Below are positions 45,131-50,791 of a DNA stretch of 50,791 nt, one piece after another. Position numbers and translations under genes: made by a program. Within the stretch, counting starts at the first letter, position 1. Each line of letters opens with the position of its first letter. Source of the stretch: Gemmatimonadota bacterium. GTDB taxonomy: Bacteria > Gemmatimonadota > Gemmatimonadetes > Gemmatimonadales > GWC2-71-9. The stretch spans positions 1 to 50,791 of the forward strand of contig JAJCZW010000195.1 of assembly GCA_029262155.1 (NCBI GenBank). Direction: 5' to 3'. The notes under the pieces are model-generated. The model did no database searches and had not been told where the DNA came from. It worked only from the letters and a program-made list of their open reading frames with translations.

Positions 45131-46285
45131 ATGTCACCCCTCGATCCCTCGGCCAAGCCGATTCGGTACTGGCAGCGCCGTGGGACCCTGATCGCAGCTC
45201 TCTATCTCGCGGTGATGCTGGCCATCATTGAGGTGGGGCAAGTGTACTTCCGCTCCGCCCTAGAGGACTGGCCGATCTCGATCGGGGAAGCGGCTGTCCG
45301 AACGGTCGCATCCTGGATCTTGATCGGAGCCTTGCTCCCGCTCGTCCTCCTCATGGCAGAGCGACTTCCCTTGGCCCGCGGCGAACGGGTACGAGCCACC
45401 AGCATCCACATGGGTGTCTCAATCCTTTTTGGCCTCATTCATCTCAGTGGGATGGGCGTTGTGATCTGGCTCCAAGGCCACCAGGATCATCCCTTCACGG
45501 ACAATCTGGCATGGCTGCTCTCGGCGTACCTTGGCCTCGACATGTTGATCTACTGGGCCATCATCGGCGTGTCCCACACAGTTCGGTTCTATCATGAAGC
45601 ACGGGCACACTCGGTCAAAGCCGCTCGACTCGAGGTCAGCCTGAGTGAGGCACGATTGCGGGCGTTGCGAGCACAATTGAACCCACATTTTCTCTTTAAC
45701 ACGCTGAATGCCGTGAGTGGATTGGCCATTCGACATGGAGACGAGGACACTGCCGACGCACTCGGCCAGGTCAGCGAACTGATGCGATCGGCGATGGATG
45801 ACGATCGGGATCAGGAGATCACCCTTTCGGCCGAGCTCGACTTCACGACACGGTACCTCAACTTGCAACATCTCCGCTTTTCGGACCGGCTCTCGGTCGA
45901 TGTACAGGTCGGCGACGGGCTCGAAACAACGTTGGTTCCGGCCCTTCTGTTGCAACCACTCGTCGAGAATGCCCTCCTACACGGTATTGCGAATCATCCC
46001 GGCCCGGGGCGGGTGGCCATTACCGCCAGAGCCGTGGAAGGAGATAGGCTGCGAATTGAGGTCGAAGACTCGGGCCCAGGATTTGGTCCAGCAGCGTCGC
46101 GACGACCCGGCATCGGCATCGGGCTACGCAATACCCAGACGAGGCTGGCCCTGCTCTATCCCGATCAGCACTTTTTTGCCATCGGTTCCGCTCCCTCGGG
46201 AGGCGGCTTAGTCACCATTGACATCCCACTCAAGCACCAGCACGAGACCGATCCCGCTCGGCAGGCGGTGAGCCATGGGCCCTGA
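45131..46285 (+). CDS. LytS/YehU-type membrane sensor histidine kinase
   Basis: N-terminal TMs; LRAQLNPHFLFNTLN, LLQPLVENALLHG, GIGLRN. Confidence 0.95.
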   Translation: MSPLDPSAKPIRYWQRRGTLIAALYLAVMLAIIEVGQVYFRSALEDWPISIGEAAVRTVASWILIGALLPLVLLMAERLPLARGERVRATSIHMGVSILFGLIHLSGMGVVIWLQGHQDHPFTDNLAWLLSAYLGLDMLIYWAIIGVSHTVRFYHEARAHSVKAARLEVSLSEARLRALRAQLNPHFLFNTLNAVSGLAIRHGDEDTADALGQVSELMRSAMDDDRDQEITLSAELDFTTRYLNLQHLRFSDRLSVDVQVGDGLETTLVPALLLQPLVENALLHGIANHPGPGRVAITARAVEGDRLRIEVEDSGPGFGPAASRRPGIGIGLRNTQTRLALLYPDQHFFAIGSAPSGGGLVTIDIPLKHQHETDPARQAVSHGP

Positions 46286-47099
46286 CGGCATTCGAACGCT
46301 AATCGCAGACGATGAACCGCTGGCCCGGGAGGGCCTCAAGGCACGGCTGGCGCGGGAGCCCGATATCAATATCGTCGGAGAGACGAAAGATGGCCCGGAG
46401 ACGGTCGCCGCCATCCGGTCACTCCAGCCTGACCTCGTCTTGCTCGATATTCAGATGCCCGGTATGAATGGCTTCGACGTCCTCGGCGCACTCGGCGATG
46501 ATCCGATGCCGATTGTGGTCTTTGTTACCGCGTTCGACCAGTTTGCCCTTCGCGCCTTTGACGCGCATGCCGAGGACTATCTCCTCAAACCCTTCACCGC
46601 AACGCGACTCCAGGAAGCGCTCTCCCGCGTCCGTCGCGAAATCGCCCGTGCAGAGACTCTGGCGGCGCATGACCGGTTCGCTGGACTTCTCGATACTTAT
46701 CGTTCAGAGGTGACGCGGGCCGGAGTGACCGGGGCACCAGCCACCGACACCCCCGAGAGCCCTCCCACTGGCCCCCATTCTTGGACGGCCCGCTTCACCG
46801 TCAAAGATAGCGAACGCTTTCTGATCATCCCGGTTGAGAGTGTCGATTGGATTGAGGCAGCGGGAAACTATGCCGTATTGCACACTTCAGGGGGAGCCTA
46901 CAAGATCCGCGATACGATGACTCACCTTGCGAAGGCGCTCAACCCCTTGCATTTCGCTCGAATCCATCGTTCGGCAATCGTTCAGATCAGCAAAGTCAAA
47001 GAGATCCGCCCGGAGTGGCACGGGGATTTCGATGTCGAATTGATCACGGGAACGATTGTACGGATGAGTCGTCACTACCGCGAGCGGCTGCTTACGTAG
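46275..47099 (+). CDS. LytTR-family response regulator
   Basis: ADDEPLAR, LDIQMP, VFVTAFD, DYLLKP; WIEAAGNY, FARIHRSAIV, SRHYR. Confidence 0.96.
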   Translation: MGPDGIRTLIADDEPLAREGLKARLAREPDINIVGETKDGPETVAAIRSLQPDLVLLDIQMPGMNGFDVLGALGDDPMPIVVFVTAFDQFALRAFDAHAEDYLLKPFTATRLQEALSRVRREIARAETLAAHDRFAGLLDTYRSEVTRAGVTGAPATDTPESPPTGPHSWTARFTVKDSERFLIIPVESVDWIEAAGNYAVLHTSGGAYKIRDTMTHLAKALNPLHFARIHRSAIVQISKVKEIRPEWHGDFDVELITGTIVRMSRHYRERLLT

Positions 47100-47110
47100 G
47101 GTGTCGGACG

Positions 47111-47638
47111 TTAGACTGGGAGGGGAGCACCACTCGTCTTGATCGCATTGCCGCACCCGCCGCAGAACTTTTGTCCTGGGACGACTGCGGTGCCACAGAA
47201 AGCGCAAGCTTTATCCTGTACCAAGACGACACCGCACCCTGAACAAAAGCATGCATCCGCCTCAGGTCGTGGTCCGCAGGTCGGGCAGACCAAATGGCCC
47301 GACGGGAGATCAGCGGGTGATGGCCGGGCACGTTGTCCGGCGATCAGGGCTTCAATCTGACTATCGGCTGTCTCCTCCTCCTCGTTGCGGAGAGCCTGCA
47401 GTGCTTCGGCCGCATACCGCGACTGGAGCATCCGGTAATCTTCGTCCGACAGCTTCCCAGTTTCCCGATCGAGGTCCAGTTCCTTTAGTGCGAGCAGTGC
47501 GATGCCACGCGGCGTCTCATCCGGATCCTCAGGCTCGATCCACTCGGCCGCTGTGGTCGCGGGGCTCAGCAGTGGCTGGAAGATGAGCCACAACATCACC
47601 AGCGCGACAACCACGGCGGCTAGCATCTCGGCCCACAT
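47111..47638 (-). CDS. Membrane-anchored double zinc-ribbon protein (CcmI-like N-terminus)
   Basis: TM, LKELDLDRETGKLSDEDY, CPTC/CSGC/CAFC/CGGC. Confidence 0.85.
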   Translation of the reverse strand: MWAEMLAAVVVALVMLWLIFQPLLSPATTAAEWIEPEDPDETPRGIALLALKELDLDRETGKLSDEDYRMLQSRYAAEALQALRNEEEETADSQIEALIAGQRARPSPADLPSGHLVCPTCGPRPEADACFCSGCGVVLVQDKACAFCGTAVVPGQKFCGGCGNAIKTSGAPLPV

Positions 47639-47643
47639 CGGAG

Positions 47644-48222
47644 TCAGTCCACGACCTCAGACAGCGCTCGCTCCAGCCGAGCTTGGTCCTCTGCGCTGAC
47701 GTTCGCGGCGCCAGTCAGGACCGGGGCCGGAACGGGAGCAGCCGCTTGTCGCCGCATCAAGATGGCCGCGAGGAGGGTACCTGCGGCGGTGATGGCAAGC
47801 CCAGGCACGAGATATCCGGCAAGGTTGAATCCCTCGGGCGGGGGAGCCATGAGGATCTCCTCTCCGTATTCAGTCACAAACGCATCGATGATCTGGTCCG
47901 GTGTCGCTCCATTCTCGTGGAGGGCCACCACCTGCCGATGCAGCGCCGGAGAGACGGTACATGTGAAGTCGGTCGTGCGGCAGGTGAAGATGTCGAGATT
48001 GCAGCCGCAAGTACACTTCAGTTTGTGTTCGACTGTTTGAATGATTCCGTTGTTATCTCCCTCGACCACCGCGGGGCGGGACTGCACGGCCTCCGGGATA
48101 CTGAGACGGTCCGCCGGGGCCTCGGGGTCGCCGCCGGGCGATCCTTGCGTCGCTGCGTGGAGGGCTCGCCCGCCAACCAGCAGGGCACTGATACTTGTGA
48201 AAAAGGAACGTCGAGAAATCAT
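47644..48222 (-). CDS. ccmH: Cytochrome c biogenesis protein CcmH-like
   Basis: LKCTCGC, IIDAFVTEYGEEILMAPP, C-terminal TM; downstream of ccmF. Confidence 0.85.
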   Translation of the reverse strand: MISRRSFFTSISALLVGGRALHAATQGSPGGDPEAPADRLSIPEAVQSRPAVVEGDNNGIIQTVEHKLKCTCGCNLDIFTCRTTDFTCTVSPALHRQVVALHENGATPDQIIDAFVTEYGEEILMAPPPEGFNLAGYLVPGLAITAAGTLLAAILMRRQAAAPVPAPVLTGAANVSAEDQARLERALSEVVD

Positions 48223-50261
48223 ACCGGTACCGCCTCCTCCACCGCAGGTTCAACCGTTGCACCCTGCGTGCGCGTGAGCCCCGACCGAACCGCAGTTCGG
48301 CCTCCACCGGGCCACATGGTTATTAACCCACCAAGCACCAACACCCCACCACCAAACCACAGCCACCACACCAGTGGGTTCACTGTGACGGCATAGTTGG
48401 CTCGCTCTGTCCCACCGATGGATCCGGCGTACACCACGTAGAGATCTTCACGAAGCGTACTGCGAATCCCGACTTCTGTAGACGGCTCAAAGGTCTTGCG
48501 GTTAAAGCTGTCCACATGTTGACGCTTCTCAGAGGAGACGATCCCGGCGGCCTTTCCATCGATCTCCACCTGCAGTGTCGCCGCGGAGACAATCCGATTA
48601 AGCGCCGTGTACTGCGACACGCCGAGATGCGTCAATCGATACACGTGCCCAAAGGGGCTCCGGATTTCCGTAAACTCGCCCGGTGCGAGCGTGGCCTCTT
48701 GGGTAATCTTGAAGCTTGAGCCAACGAACGCCGCGAAATAAATCAGGATACCGGCATGCACGAGGTATCCCCCGTAGCGTCGACGATTCCGATTGATCAG
48801 CAAGCCCAAGGCAACCGGGAAGGATTCCCCGTGCATCCGAATCCGTGCGCGTACACCGCGATAAAACTCCTGCAGAATGGTGCCTGCTACGAACCCAATC
48901 AGACCCAGGGCCAGCACGGCTGAGCCTTCGCGCATTCCCATCCCAAACAACACGCTCGCCGTGACGAGTCCCAGAAGGACGGGGAAGATGAACTGACGTC
49001 TGAGGTTCGCCAGCGAACTCTTCCGCCAGGCGATCAGGGGCCCGATCCCTGTCAGCGCAAGCAAGAGCAGGCCGAGGGGGACGTTGACGCGATTAAAGAA
49101 TGGGGGCCCGACCGTGATCTTTACTCCGCGCACGGCTTCGGTCAGGATGGGGAAAAGCGTACCCCAGAGCACCGAGAAGGCGATGCCAACAAAGATCAGA
49201 TTGTTGAAGAGAAAAGCCGCTTCCCGACTCGCCACCGATTCGAGTTGTGCCTCCGGTTCCAGTTGGGGCCACCGAGTGTAGAGCAGGGTAAATCCAAAGA
49301 CACCCGCCAGCACCAGGAAGGCGAGAAAGAAATATCCTACGTTGGATTGGGCGAAACTATGGACGCTCGCAATCACACCTGATCGAGTGATGAAGGTTCC
49401 GAAGATGCTGAGCATAAAAGTCCCAAAGATCAACCCAAGATTCCAACGCTTGAGCATTCCCCGTTTCTCTTGGATCATGACGGAGTGGAGAAAGGCCGTC
49501 ATCGTCAGCCAAGGGAGAAGGCTGGCGTTCTCCACCGGATCCCATGCCCAGTAACCACCCCATCCCAGCTCGACGTAGGCCCACCACATCCCGAGGGTAA
49601 TTCCGACTGACAAGAAGAGCCACGAGAGCAACGTCCACTTGCGGATGGCGACGATCCAACCGCTATCGAGTCGGCGAGAGAGGAGAGCCGCGATGCCGAA
49701 CGCGAAGGGTATTGTGATACTGATATAACCGAGATAAAGCATCGGCGGGTGGATGACCATGCCAGGGTTCTGGAGTTGGGGATTCAGGCCATTCCCGTCC
49801 GCCGGTGTAAACCCCAGCCGGTCAAACGGGTTCGCTGCAAAGAGCATAGTGGCAACAAAAAAGACCACCACCGCTCCCGTGACCGCTGCCACGGTCGGCA
49901 TGAGTTCCTTGTGCCGTCGACTTGTCAGCGCCTGGGCCAGCGCCGCAAACACCGACAGCACCGTCGCCCAGAAGAGCAGGCTTCCCTTCTGACCGGCCCA
50001 GAAGGCAGTGACCACATAGGAGTCGGGGAGATTGCGAGAGGTATAGCTGGCGACGTATTCGATGTTGAAGTCGTGGGTAATGAGCCCTTGCCACAATGCG
50101 ATCGAGGCGACCAGCAACGCGGCACAGGTTGCGTACACCGAACGGATCGTGCTGGAGGCAAGCTCGGGCCGTGTCCGCCATGCTCCGGAAAAACCAACCA
50201 CGGCTCCCCAGAGCCCTGCCAACAACGCCATCCATAACGCGAACTCCCCGAGCAAGGTCAT
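48219..50261 (-). CDS. ccmF: Heme lyase CcmF
   Basis: WAGQKGSLL, GLNPQLQ, HPPMLYLGY, WGGYWAWDPVENAS, SVHSF. Confidence 0.97.
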   Translation of the reverse strand: MTLLGEFALWMALLAGLWGAVVGFSGAWRTRPELASSTIRSVYATCAALLVASIALWQGLITHDFNIEYVASYTSRNLPDSYVVTAFWAGQKGSLLFWATVLSVFAALAQALTSRRHKELMPTVAAVTGAVVVFFVATMLFAANPFDRLGFTPADGNGLNPQLQNPGMVIHPPMLYLGYISITIPFAFGIAALLSRRLDSGWIVAIRKWTLLSWLFLSVGITLGMWWAYVELGWGGYWAWDPVENASLLPWLTMTAFLHSVMIQEKRGMLKRWNLGLIFGTFMLSIFGTFITRSGVIASVHSFAQSNVGYFFLAFLVLAGVFGFTLLYTRWPQLEPEAQLESVASREAAFLFNNLIFVGIAFSVLWGTLFPILTEAVRGVKITVGPPFFNRVNVPLGLLLLALTGIGPLIAWRKSSLANLRRQFIFPVLLGLVTASVLFGMGMREGSAVLALGLIGFVAGTILQEFYRGVRARIRMHGESFPVALGLLINRNRRRYGGYLVHAGILIYFAAFVGSSFKITQEATLAPGEFTEIRSPFGHVYRLTHLGVSQYTALNRIVSAATLQVEIDGKAAGIVSSEKRQHVDSFNRKTFEPSTEVGIRSTLREDLYVVYAGSIGGTERANYAVTVNPLVWWLWFGGGVLVLGGLITMWPGGGRTAVRSGLTRTQGATVEPAVEEAVPV

Positions 50262-50264
50262 CGA

Positions 50265-50687
50265 CTACGCCTTGGTCGCGTTCGCGATCTCAGATTCGTA
50301 ACGCGACCCACATTTCGCCAGCACCTCGGTCGCGTGAAACACGCCATCGCGTCCGAGCTTCCCTTCCACAATGACCTCGATATCATTGGCGTCAGTAAAG
50401 GTGTCGGGCACGAGCCCGCGGTACGTGACCGGTACGGCCGTCACCCCATCGCTCACTTCAAAGTCGATCTGCTGGGTAGCGTCGTCCCGACGGATGGTTC
50501 CAGGGACCACCTTTGCCCCGACTTTCAGCCCCACATCATGGAAACTCGGATCCTGAACCGTGCGCTCAACGAGCTCTGTCGGGGTAAGGAAATAGACGCC
50601 GGTCGACCGGACGCCCTCCGCAATCAGGAACCCGACTCCGAGGACAATGACCGCTGCCCCTACCAGGAACTTCGAACTGGCCTTCAT
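50265..50687 (-). CDS. ccmE: Heme chaperone CcmE (CxxxY type)
   Basis: YFLTPTEL, VTYRGLVPDTF, VIVEGKL, VLAKCGSRY; GGAGG RBS. Confidence 0.93.
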   Translation of the reverse strand: MKASSKFLVGAAVIVLGVGFLIAEGVRSTGVYFLTPTELVERTVQDPSFHDVGLKVGAKVVPGTIRRDDATQQIDFEVSDGVTAVPVTYRGLVPDTFTDANDIEVIVEGKLGRDGVFHATEVLAKCGSRYESEIANATKA

Positions 50688-50791
50688 AACACCTCCAATA
50701 GACCGAAATGTGCCACTCTCTACATATCAGTTGTAATCCTCAATATAGCCGTTCATGAGTCTCAACGTCATCAATTTATCCTTGCCCCGAC

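Overview
A GC-rich bacterial chromosomal segment. The protein families and gene order resemble Gemmatimonadota, but this taxonomy is an unverified inference. From left to right: the 5' half of a tRNA (probably Thr), a hybrid sensor kinase, cysS and an MscS channel. Next is a low-oxygen/stress block (Hsp20, CBS, DUF2892, USP, a DosS-type heme-GAF kinase with an OmpR-family regulator, a P1B-5 ATPase, a cbb3 oxidase operon ccoNO-Q-P-G-H-DsbD2-I-S, and a GMC oxidoreductase); four of its promoters share 11-bp-spaced TTCA repeats. Then come DUF1611 and a phage-shock-like operon with seven tandem PspB-like paralogs, a CesT/YbjN-type chaperone and pspA. These are followed by a DPP-IV peptidase, a small decayed island with internal deletions, a CSAD/GADL1-like decarboxylase, uvrA, a TPR/transglutaminase-like/ABC operon and DUF1028. 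The right end holds a candidate new peptide system and System I cytochrome c maturation genes (ccmE-F-H plus a zinc-ribbon protein). The best novelty candidate is 41031-47099: a standalone C39 peptidase, two paralogous signal-peptide-bearing precursors (V-x-G-R-G junction, then a hydrophobic CxxC...CxxxC core), a membrane thioredoxin, a Yip1-like protein, an ABC transporter and a LytS/LytTR pair. No CRISPR array, integrase or transposase is seen. All calls come from motif reading; no database search was run.
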